Shown piece after piece: positions 25,469-33,800 of a stretch of DNA of 64,000 nucleotides (its first letter is position 1; each line of letters begins with the position of its first letter). The stretch comes from a virus. Lineage: Duplodnaviria; Caudoviricetes. Position numbers and translations under genes: made by a program. The notes beneath the pieces were generated by a model. It saw only the letters and a program-made list of their open reading frames with translations. It did not search any database and had not been told where the DNA came from. Location: positions 1 through 64,000 of IMG/VR virus record IMGVR_UViG_3300028602_000002, one strand, 5' to 3'.

Positions 25469-25521
25469 TTGATAAACCCTCTTAATTGATAATTATTATT
25501 AAAGGAGAAGAAGGGGCAGTA

Positions 25522-26184
25522 TTACCTGCCCCTGTTTACTTTGCGCCATGGATGGGCGACTAATTCGTTGCGGATAATTCTTTTCTTTTGACGTAGTACC
25601 TCCTGTAATATTCTTGCTTCAATTTCTGCATCCTCTAGTGCCGTGTGTGTTTCCATAAACTGGTAATTACCTGTAATGTATCTGTAAGCAATTTCTGCAC
25701 TGGTGCGGATATTTCCTTTTTCTGTCAACCAATTTTGTTCTATTGCAATTCTCTTAAATCTTTTTTGCTGGAAAAGACTGTCACAGGAAGCGTTCCATAA
25801 ATCAAAGTATTCATAAGGTTTTTCCAGAAAATTCCTGCCAGAATTTGTCTGCTCTAATGTTTGCTTCATTGCCGACATATCAAACTGTAAGTTATAGGCA
25901 GTAATGGTAGTAACTTCCATTTTTTCCAGTATTTCGTTAAATTCCTTTTTTGCTTGTGCGAATGTTACCACAGGAAGCCCGCTGTAAAATACTGGAATTT
26001 TTTCGCCATAGTAGGCAATTTTTTCAATCCCAGGAATTTCCAGTATTTCCTTTATTCTCCATCGCCACATTGCCAGTGGTCTGCCAGTTTTTTCCACTAT
26101 AACCATTCCCAGGTCATATACCCATTTTTTGGAAACCCCGATTGTTTCAGTATCAAATACGCAGTAAACTTTTTTCTTTATCAT
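25522..26184 (-). CDS. DEDDh 3'-5' exonuclease (DnaQ-like)
   Basis: FDTET, AYN..FD and HTALEDA motifs. Confidence 0.9.
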   Translation of the reverse strand: MIKKKVYCVFDTETIGVSKKWVYDLGMVIVEKTGRPLAMWRWRIKEILEIPGIEKIAYYGEKIPVFYSGLPVVTFAQAKKEFNEILEKMEVTTITAYNLQFDMSAMKQTLEQTNSGRNFLEKPYEYFDLWNASCDSLFQQKRFKRIAIEQNWLTEKGNIRTSAEIAYRYITGNYQFMETHTALEDAEIEARILQEVLRQKKRIIRNELVAHPWRKVNRGR

Positions 26185-26233
26185 TTAATAACATCTCCTT
26201 ATTAATAATGATTATTGGAAAGGATAGCAGGAA

Positions 26234-26764
26234 TTAAATCCTGCCATCCTTTTCCAGTTTTTCCAGTAATTGGAAAATCTCGTTATGCTGTTTAATTCCT
26301 ATTCCCTGATAATGTTTATTATATCCCCTTCTGAAGCAAACTGCAATTCCTTCTTGTTTGCTCCATGCTGTTAAGTGAGAAACATTATCGTCTACCAATA
26401 CCCTGCCAGGTCCTGCCAATAACCATTTGTCAAAAGTATATATTCTTTTGTATCGTGGAATGTAAGGGAAAAAAGTATCTAACCAATAATTTTTCTCGTC
26501 TATGCTGGAAGGTCTGGGCATCGGCTGACTAAGAATTCTTACATCATAACCATTATTAACTAACCTTTTGAGTACTGAATTCGCCCGCTGAATAATTGTT
26601 AAATCTTGGAAAAAACCTTCTGTATTCAATTTGGCAGTTATTTCCATTTGCTCTTGCTCATTTTTTGGCTCATATTCTTTAATACGCCCGCTGTAAATTC
26701 CTGTAAGTTTTTTGTGCATTTCAGCGATAGTATTATCCATATCATAAAATACTAACTTTTTCAT
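26234..26764 (-). CDS. 5'(3')-deoxyribonucleotidase (NT5C, HAD family)
   Basis: YDMDNT, K..WL and LVDD motifs. Confidence 0.85.
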   Translation of the reverse strand: MKKLVFYDMDNTIAEMHKKLTGIYSGRIKEYEPKNEQEQMEITAKLNTEGFFQDLTIIQRANSVLKRLVNNGYDVRILSQPMPRPSSIDEKNYWLDTFFPYIPRYKRIYTFDKWLLAGPGRVLVDDNVSHLTAWSKQEGIAVCFRRGYNKHYQGIGIKQHNEIFQLLEKLEKDGRI

Positions 26765-26936
26765 AATAATTATTCTCCTTTCAAGGGACTGCCAGTATTG
26801 ACAGCCCCTCATTTGATAATGTTTCTTACATGAAAAGCTTTGCTACATGGAAAGCAAGCACGACCCAACCAATAAAGACAACAAATCCAGCGATAGCGAT
26901 CATTACTTGACACCTCCTGTCAGTTGATAATCTTTA

Positions 26937-27536
26937 TTACTTCTGTTTTTTGTAGCGAATGTGTACGCACTCCTCATTTTTTCCTGCCCTAGTGCGAATC
27001 TCAAAATATAGTCCTTGCCAGATATAATCAAAAGCATCTTCTTTATCAATTAATAATAATTCTCCGTTATCTACATCCAGTAAATGTGTTGCTTGTGCGA
27101 AGGGGTCTGCCTGATAAGTGCTAGTACCTTCAAATAAGAAGTATTGGATAATTTCTCTCCAATCTTCTTTATTGTCGGCTAATAAATGTAATGGTATAGT
27201 TCTTTTTGTTACTTGATAATATTTCTCCATTGCGTCAAGTACTGGGTGTATATCCAGCATTTCCCTTTTTGCTAATATTTCCCAATTCCGTACTGGTACC
27301 ATATTAACAATAGAAGCCCTGTTGCTTTTAGTAGACTTTATTTGTAAACGATAATTATTATTTACTGTTACGTCTACTTTGCTTTTAGTAGTTGCTCCGA
27401 AGTGATAAAGATTATTAATTGCGATTGTTTCAACGTGTCCTTTTAAATTCTTTACTTGAAAAGAATTTCCTGCTTTTTCCAGCATTTCTATTATACGCAA
27501 TTCTGCATCCTTTCCTTTATTTCCCAAAATAAACAC
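26937..27536 (-). CDS. PD-(D/E)XK-like nuclease, restriction-endonuclease-like
   Basis: G...E N-terminal helix and KVD...LQIKS motif. Confidence 0.55.
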   Translation of the reverse strand: MFILGNKGKDAELRIIEMLEKAGNSFQVKNLKGHVETIAINNLYHFGATTKSKVDVTVNNNYRLQIKSTKSNRASIVNMVPVRNWEILAKREMLDIHPVLDAMEKYYQVTKRTIPLHLLADNKEDWREIIQYFLFEGTSTYQADPFAQATHLLDVDNGELLLIDKEDAFDYIWQGLYFEIRTRAGKNEECVHIRYKKQK

Positions 27537-27560
27537 CTCCAGTTATTTGTTGATAATGGT

Positions 27561-27652
27561 TCTTACTTGCCAGCTTTTCCCTTATGCCCTGCCGGTCCTC
27601 GTGGTGGTACGATCGGGACTCGTTCGCGCCGGGAAAAACTCTCTTATTAAGT
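27561..27652 (-). ncRNA. GC-rich structured leader RNA
   Basis: AGCTTTTCCC/GGGAAAAACT closing stem and GTCC.TCGT/ACGA.GGAC inner stem, directly after a promoter. Confidence 0.45.
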
Positions 27653-27661
27653 TCTATAATA

Positions 27662-27690
27662 ATACTATCACAGTATAACAGAAGTGTCAA
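27662..27690 (-). promoter_or_regulatory. sigmaA-type promoter
   Basis: TTGACA-17-TAGTAT with extended TG. Confidence 0.75.
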
Positions 27691-27729
27691 TGTCAAAAAA
27701 TGGAAATGAGGCGGGTTTTTAAAAGTTCT

Positions 27730-27764
27730 AATCTTCTGAATTTTCTGACAATATAGGGGGGGGG
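27730..27764. other. tandem CodY-like site and G9 tract at the strand switch (candidate genome terminus/packaging site)
   Basis: AATCTTCTGAATTTTCTGACAATA then GGGGGGGGG, between divergent promoters. Confidence 0.4.
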
Positions 27765-27869
27765 TAGTTTAGTGTAAAAAATTTCCAGAATTGTCATTTT
27801 TTGGGTATCCCACCAACTCCAAACTCCCATGAGTAGTTTTGTCCTCCGAGCCATGTGTCTGCACATCCC

Positions 27870-27898
27870 TTGACAAAACAGGATTTATGTGGTATAAT
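27870..27898 (+). promoter_or_regulatory. sigmaA-type promoter (last consensus one seen in the window)
   Basis: TTGACA-17-TATAAT followed by ATATATAG. Confidence 0.9.
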
Positions 27899-28509
27899 AT
27901 ATATAGGAATGACGGGAATAGAAAACATAGCTAATAGGAAGGGGTGATAAAGTGGCTTTTATAAAAGAAATAATATTTGTATTAGGCTACCTAACAGGAA
28001 TACTACTATTAGACTACTACGCCTACGAGATTAACACAGTCAGTTTCTTTTTTGGGATGGTTACAATGTATATATTACTAAGACTGGTGAGTATAACATA
28101 TGAAGAGAGGGGAAGGAGAGAATGAGCAGCAAGATTGCGGACTATCGCATAATGGTAGAGGGCTTTGAAGCGGCTATTAAGAATTATGAAAAAGCGATAA
28201 TTGACGCAACTAGAGGGCTAGAATACTATAAGCGGCTAATAGAGAAGCATCAAGAAGAGGAAACAGAAGGGGAGTAGTTACACTATTCCCCTATCTAGTA
28301 TGAGACAGGATAAGAAAGGAGGGGAAGGATGTTGAGTAATAAAAGCGAACTTCTTGGTATAATAAGACTAATATTAGGAATGGAATTAATAGAGTATGAG
28401 GATAAAATTTTCTTAGCCTATGATAATAAGAGAAGAAGTGAAGAGAAGATAAAGATGTTGCGGGAAGCTCTCTTCTTAGTTGAAACAAGCGAGTAAAGGA
28501 GGATTTATA

Positions 28510-28761
28510 ATGGCAGAGTCTCAAGCTATGATTAAGTCAAGATGGCTAAAGGCTTATATACAACAAAAAGGGTTGTTAAGAAATCTTCATCTATACCACA
28601 GCTTTACTTATCAGAGAGATGTTTATGGTGGGTATGTGGTTGGAATGGCACAACATATCACTTATGATTATTTAATTGGTAAAGGAAAAACTTTAGATGA
28701 GGCAGTTAGGAATATACAACCTGTAATGAAAACATATGATGAGCGATTTGAAGCTCTTTGA
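28510..28761 (+). CDS. hypothetical protein
   Basis: RBS AAGGAGG. Confidence 0.65.
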   Translation: MAESQAMIKSRWLKAYIQQKGLLRNLHLYHSFTYQRDVYGGYVVGMAQHITYDYLIGKGKTLDEAVRNIQPVMKTYDERFEAL

Positions 28762-28793
28762 AAAGAAGGACTAAAGGAATAGGAGAGGATACA

Positions 28794-29081
28794 ATGAGTA
28801 AGATTTTAGAAACGCATTACAATCTAACTAATCATTCTTCTCAAGTAAGAATTATAGAGGAGAATTTTATAAGATATGTTAATCATTTAATAAAAGCTAG
28901 TGTAAGTGGCGACTCTAGTAAGATAATTCACAGCTCACCTAGTGGTCCTACGTTAGCAAAACCCGAAAGAATAACAGCTATTGTTCATTATACTAAGGAT
29001 AAATCACTTACTTTTATTAAGAAGAATGACTACACTAATGATGATATAGTGGTTTCTTTAGTAAAGATAGAACAGCTGTAA
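28794..29081 (+). CDS. hypothetical protein
   Basis: RBS GGAG. Confidence 0.6.
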   Translation: MSKILETHYNLTNHSSQVRIIEENFIRYVNHLIKASVSGDSSKIIHSSPSGPTLAKPERITAIVHYTKDKSLTFIKKNDYTNDDIVVSLVKIEQL

Positions 29082-29101
29082 TATATCAATAAGGAGGAGG
29101 G

Positions 29102-30301
29102 TTGATGATAGGTCAAAATACAGCTGAGATTATGAAATTATCACAGCAACTAGATTTTTCTATTGCAGACACAAAAGAGAGAATATCTCTGTTGTATGAT
29201 TTGCTAATGGAATATAATAAAGCGACAAAAGAGTGGTTACCAAATCTCTTTTTAACTGAGTACTTTGAGAAGTACTATAACCCGCACATAAAGCAAGCTC
29301 AACCCCAATCCCATAAGTTACCAGTTTGTTATAACTTAAATTATATGGCGGGATATATACTTTTTAATAAGGATCAGACTAATGTGAATGTGATAAGAGA
29401 AAAAACTCAAAAGTATAGAGATACTAAACATGTATCTCTTGAACAGACAATGGAGGAACAAGGAGAAGAATCAATTAAACCAGCGGAAACATCTTATTTG
29501 CGGGCTAGACCAACTGTCACAGAACAAGATGTAAAGGATATTCCTGAACTTCAAGGATATAGTGATTATATAGAAGCGGTTAAATTGCTTATTGATAAGG
29601 AAGAAAATGAAAGAGAGAAATATAAATTAAGGCAAATATTAAAAGAAGTGCGACAAGATCAGTTGGCCGCTAAACTTGCATTGCAAAAACCTATTAATTT
29701 TACTCGCCTTACTCCTACATATTCCCTTATAAATTACTATGAGGATACTGGATATGGAATGGACAATTATGAGTATAAGCAGGTTTCTTTTAATAAGATA
29801 GAATTATCAGAGCCATCTCATGTATCTAATCTATTGAAATTCTATTCTGATTTGCGGCATCATAGTTATGATGATACTCAATCTGATATTAGATATATTT
29901 TAGATACCCTTGATGATTTAATAGAAGAAGCTCCGCTTAATGAACATTTTCGCTATATCTTAATCAGAAGAATAGATGGAGAAACTTATGAGAACATTGC
30001 TTTTGAATTGCATAAAGAAATGGGTCTCAGATTATCTGCTGGATATGTCTCCTCAATCTTTTTGAATAGAATACCAGATATAATATCTAAGTATTACTTA
30101 GATAGTTTCGAAGAATGGTATTTCACCTTTAAAACAAAAGGAGACTATAAAACCTGTACTAAGTGTAAGAAGAATTTTTTAAGAAGTGATAAGTATTTTA
30201 GAAAAGATAAGAAGAGTCGAGATGGATTAAGCACTGTTTGTAAAGAGTGTAGGAAGCAACAGGATGTTGAAGCGGCTAAGAAGAGAGCTAATAGAAAATA
30301 G
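29102..30301 (+). CDS. putative DNA-binding regulator (HTH plus C-terminal zinc ribbon)
   Basis: ILIRRIDGETYENIA HTH-like segment and CTKC...CKEC. Confidence 0.6.
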   Translation: MMIGQNTAEIMKLSQQLDFSIADTKERISLLYDLLMEYNKATKEWLPNLFLTEYFEKYYNPHIKQAQPQSHKLPVCYNLNYMAGYILFNKDQTNVNVIREKTQKYRDTKHVSLEQTMEEQGEESIKPAETSYLRARPTVTEQDVKDIPELQGYSDYIEAVKLLIDKEENEREKYKLRQILKEVRQDQLAAKLALQKPINFTRLTPTYSLINYYEDTGYGMDNYEYKQVSFNKIELSEPSHVSNLLKFYSDLRHHSYDDTQSDIRYILDTLDDLIEEAPLNEHFRYILIRRIDGETYENIAFELHKEMGLRLSAGYVSSIFLNRIPDIISKYYLDSFEEWYFTFKTKGDYKTCTKCKKNFLRSDKYFRKDKKSRDGLSTVCKECRKQQDVEAAKKRANRK

Positions 30302-30307
30302 GAGAGG

Positions 30308-30529
30308 TTGGTTATGACAGGGATAAGTTTAGAATTTAGGAATGATGGTTATAAATTAAAACTAATTCCTCGCTTTAATAAATATGAGGAATATAAACCA
30401 ATTCATCTATCTATTGGAAGTGAGACTAATAATAAGTCTATTAGGATGTCAGTTCAAGAGGCTGCAGAGTTATCTAACTACCTATTGATGAAAATAGAAG
30501 AAGTTAAAGGTAGTAGTAAATATCAATAG
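30308..30529 (+). CDS. hypothetical protein
   Basis: RBS and ORF. Confidence 0.55.
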   Translation: MVMTGISLEFRNDGYKLKLIPRFNKYEEYKPIHLSIGSETNNKSIRMSVQEAAELSNYLLMKIEEVKGSSKYQ

Positions 30530-30560
30530 TAGAGTGACAACATAGAAAGGGGGAATAGGA

Positions 30561-30797
30561 GTGAATAAGAAGGGATATACTATAATTACACTATCAGATG
30601 CAGGAAAAGTAATAGAAGTTGAATTATTAGAGTTGCAAAAGGGAGATATGTTAATTTTACAAATGCACCCTGACGTTCCTGTTGGACTTGCTATGGAGTG
30701 GCATAAAGGTGTTGTTGAATCATTGAATAGAGGAGATACAGTTCTCACTAAAAGTGATAAAATGAGGTTAGGAGTCAACAGACAAAAAGGAGGTTAA
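30561..30797 (+). CDS. hypothetical protein
   Basis: RBS and GTG start. Confidence 0.55.
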   Translation: MNKKGYTIITLSDAGKVIEVELLELQKGDMLILQMHPDVPVGLAMEWHKGVVESLNRGDTVLTKSDKMRLGVNRQKGG

Positions 30798-31056
30798 TTA
30801 TGAATAACGAAAATATAGAAATGATGAATAGTAGGATTAAGAAGTTTGATAAAGTAAGGATTTTCTTTTGGCTTAGTGTCTGCGATTTATTCAAATTCTC
30901 CCTAAATTCCAGGAATGGATTACAGTAAATAAAGTTCAACCTATATTGCAAAAGATTGTTTTTGATATGGTAGAAGGAATAGAAGAGATAGAAAATATTT
31001 CTATAGAAGAACTTACTATAGAGGATATGTAAAATAGAAAAAAAGGAGGAATTACA

Positions 31057-31239
31057 TTGACTGATCTGGAAAAAGTTTTAAAGAAAATTAATAGAATGAA
31101 GAAGGGGATTAGTCGCAAAAGGAGAAGAGAAGTGTGGAAAGATATTTGGAAAGTTTTGCGGAATGATTTAGAAGGAGAAACAAGATTGGAAAAAAGGAGA
31201 AGTTGGCGTGCTGCCTGGGATAAAATAGCTATAAGATAG
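31057..31239 (+). CDS. small basic protein
   Basis: RBS AGGAGG, TTG start. Confidence 0.55.
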   Translation: MTDLEKVLKKINRMKKGISRKRRREVWKDIWKVLRNDLEGETRLEKRRSWRAAWDKIAIR

Positions 31240-31251
31240 GAGGTAATTTAT

Positions 31252-31413
31252 TTGAATAGTAAAGCTCATTTAACACTTTCATTTATTAAATCTTTTATTC
31301 GTTTAGTTGGTTGTGGCTTTGCATTACTACATCAGGAATGGACGATTGCTGTCTGGGCTATATTGATTGCGGAGACTTTTGGTGTATTAGAAGAAGTAAA
31401 AGATAAGAGGTAG
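31252..31413 (+). CDS. 53-aa membrane protein, paralogue of 4223-4384
   Basis: MNSKAHLTLSFIKSFIRLVGC...AETFGVLEEVKDKR. Confidence 0.8.
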   Translation: MNSKAHLTLSFIKSFIRLVGCGFALLHQEWTIAVWAILIAETFGVLEEVKDKR

Positions 31414-31779
31414 GTGTAGCAAACTATATGGAAGAAAGAGAATGTAAGTGTGGTTATAAAGAAAGTGCTGAAGGTAAAAGATTTATTCCCTTATCTTTTG
31501 GGGTTGGAGAAGAGGAAAGAAAGGAAATACATGCTTATGTTTGTCCTGTTTGTAATTTAGTACAACTTCCTTGAGGAGGGATAGTATGTGCTGGTAGAAA
31601 GATACAGAAACTAAAAATAAAATTGATGTTGTGAGTATCTTTTGTATAGCTTGCAGTAGAACTGTTTATCAGGAAGTTAAAATTGAGTATGATAAAAATT
31701 TTTGCAATATTGAAGACTGTCCATACTGTGGAAGCAATATAAAAGAGAAGGTAATTTAATAAGAAAAGGAGGCTACACT

Positions 31780-32016
31780 GTGTTATATACTAAGCCAACA
31801 GAATGTAAGGATTGTATGAAAGAAAGTGTTTGCATATACTCTAAAGAATATAAAGAATTACAGCAAAAAGCCCGGTCTATACTGGGAGATGATAAAAGAA
31901 ATTTATTTGAGGTTAATATATCTTGTAGAGAATTCTTTAAATCAACCAATTATAGAGGAGATGCGGCTCTTTTATCAAATTTCTTTAATATAGAAGGGGT
32001 GCAAAAACATCGCTAA
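31780..32016 (+). CDS. hypothetical Cys-containing protein
   Basis: RBS AGGAGG, CxxC. Confidence 0.6.
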   Translation: MLYTKPTECKDCMKESVCIYSKEYKELQQKARSILGDDKRNLFEVNISCREFFKSTNYRGDAALLSNFFNIEGVQKHR

Positions 32017-32596
32017 ACTATACTATCGCTACGGAAGTATGGCTAGTGGTAAATCACTAGACATATATAAAATTTATGACAACTATAAGAGACAAGGAAA
32101 GCAAGTTGTATGTTTAGTTCCTTCTTTAGTTGGAGAAATTAAATCTAGGATAAGTGAGTTGCGGGTTCCTTCTATTCTTGTCCATGATACCTCTGATATA
32201 GAAATCATAGTTGCCAGATATTTACCTAATTGTGTATTAGTAGAAGAGGCACAGTTTTTAAGAAAAGAACATATTCTTCAACTAACTAAAGTAGTTGATA
32301 TTTTTAATATTCCTGTTATAGCGTATGGGTTAAAAAATACTTATCAAAATACTTTATTTGAAGGAGCTTATTGGTTACTAGTGTATGCTGATAAAATAGA
32401 AGAAATAAAAACAGTGTGTTATTTCTGTGATAGTAAAGCAACAATGGTTTTAAGACTTAAAGATGGAGAACCTACTTATGAGGGACCAGAAATTTCCCTT
32501 AAGGGAGAAGAGGGAGTTGACTATTTTCCTACGTGTAGGAGATGTTATAGGAAACCTAATTTGAATAAAATACTTGGGAGGTTAATTAATGGGTGA
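32009..32596 (+). CDS. tdk: thymidine kinase, probable ATC start
   Basis: (I)AKLYYRYGSMASGKS, EEAQF, YGL, zinc Cys pairs; conserved N-terminus extends 10 codons upstream of the ATG. Confidence 0.9.
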   Translation: MAKLYYRYGSMASGKSLDIYKIYDNYKRQGKQVVCLVPSLVGEIKSRISELRVPSILVHDTSDIEIIVARYLPNCVLVEEAQFLRKEHILQLTKVVDIFNIPVIAYGLKNTYQNTLFEGAYWLLVYADKIEEIKTVCYFCDSKATMVLRLKDGEPTYEGPEISLKGEEGVDYFPTCRRCYRKPNLNKILGRLING

Positions 32597-32831
32597 GGCA
32601 ACCGTTAAATTTAAGAAAGAAGAAGTACTTGATTTCATTGATTTATTAATTAATTTCTGGAGAAGTCATCGTGATAAATATGCTGAGAAAGAGAATATAG
32701 ATTTAAAGGAAGTTTACAAGGAGGGTAGTTTTGATAATCTACCTCTTGAGGTTTTAAAAGGTATTTGTTATATTGATGCTTATCAAAGTATGAGGGCATC
32801 TCTTTTTGGGGATATTTTAGAAGAGAAATAA
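32589..32831 (+). CDS. hypothetical protein
   Basis: RBS GGAGG, overlaps tdk. Confidence 0.65.
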   Translation: MGEATVKFKKEEVLDFIDLLINFWRSHRDKYAEKENIDLKEVYKEGSFDNLPLEVLKGICYIDAYQSMRASLFGDILEEK

Positions 32832-32851
32832 TTTAAAAGGAGATATATACA

Positions 32852-33019
32852 ATGAAAGATAAGTGGCCAAAACCAACTCAAGAAACTCCTGACTTAGGAA
32901 CAATAAGAGATTGGGTTTATGACAGTGTCTGTGAAGCTACAGATGGATGTATAGTTGAACCTGATGGGGTGTGTCCACATGGACACCCCAGTTGGTTAAT
33001 GAAGTTAGGTATTATTTAA
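32852..33019 (+). CDS. 55-aa protein (CEATDGC.VEPDG.CPHG)
   Basis: RBS AAGGAG; Cys/His motif. Confidence 0.7.
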   Translation: MKDKWPKPTQETPDLGTIRDWVYDSVCEATDGCIVEPDGVCPHGHPSWLMKLGII

Positions 33020-33039
33020 GAAGTTATAGGAGTGAGTTA

Positions 33040-33786
33040 ATGACTAATGAAAAACAGTTTGATATAGGGATTGTTACTACAGTTTGGGGAGATTATGGAA
33101 AGTATCTCCCAGAGTGGGCGAGTAGTATTTGTCAGCAAACTGTTAAACCTAAGATAGTAACGCTTGTAGTTGCGGGAGAAACTCCTAATAATGCTCCTAA
33201 GATTTGGAGAGAGAAGTGTGTTCCTCTATTTAATGAAAAAGAAATTGCTTATCAAATAAAAATATTACCTGAACATAAAGGTATGGGATATGCTCGCAAT
33301 GCCGCCGTAAGAGAAACTGAAACTAAATGGATTATGCATTTAGATGTAGATGATTTATTATTGCCATTTGCAATTTATGAATTATCAATTTTATCAAAAG
33401 ATGCTGATGTAATAGTGCCTGGGGTGAGAAAAGAGACAATGTCAGGTGAATTAATTTATGAGAAGATTTTTACTAATAAAAAACTTCCTTCTTTGGAAAG
33501 GATAAGTAAAGGCAAAGGATCAGGCTCTTCTATGAATACTTATCGTCGTTCTTTTTGGGAGAAGCAACCATATATTGAAGAGAATGAGTTTGTTGTAACT
33601 AGTCTACTGATTGGGTTTTTACATTTAGGCGCTAGAGTTAAAGCCACTGATAAAGCATGTTGTATTTGGAGATTCAGAGAAGACTCTCATTGGCACTTTG
33701 ATTTGTCTTCTAAAAAAAGAATTGCTGCTAAAGAGCAAAATATTAAACTAATAGCTTCTCTTGATAATTTTAAAGAACTTCGATAA
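33040..33786 (+). CDS. GT2-family glycosyltransferase
   Basis: G.GYARNAAV and LDVDD (DXD) motifs. Confidence 0.85.
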   Translation: MTNEKQFDIGIVTTVWGDYGKYLPEWASSICQQTVKPKIVTLVVAGETPNNAPKIWREKCVPLFNEKEIAYQIKILPEHKGMGYARNAAVRETETKWIMHLDVDDLLLPFAIYELSILSKDADVIVPGVRKETMSGELIYEKIFTNKKLPSLERISKGKGSGSSMNTYRRSFWEKQPYIEENEFVVTSLLIGFLHLGARVKATDKACCIWRFREDSHWHFDLSSKKRIAAKEQNIKLIASLDNFKELR

Positions 33787-33800
33787 AGGAGGAGAATTTA

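Noticed and set aside
27595-27626. Hammerhead ribozyme
   Set aside because: The catalytic core CUGANGA and GAAA is absent.
27756-27780. tRNA 5' end (GGGGGGGTAGTTTAGTG)
   Set aside because: No anticodon arm, T-arm or acceptor 3' strand follows.
3970-31758. Possible TAG stop-codon reassignment (in-frame TAG at 4027 and near 31595)
   Set aside because: Long structural genes are uninterrupted, many genes end at TAG directly before an RBS or terminator, and no CTA-anticodon tRNA is present; these are better read as pseudogenes or errors.
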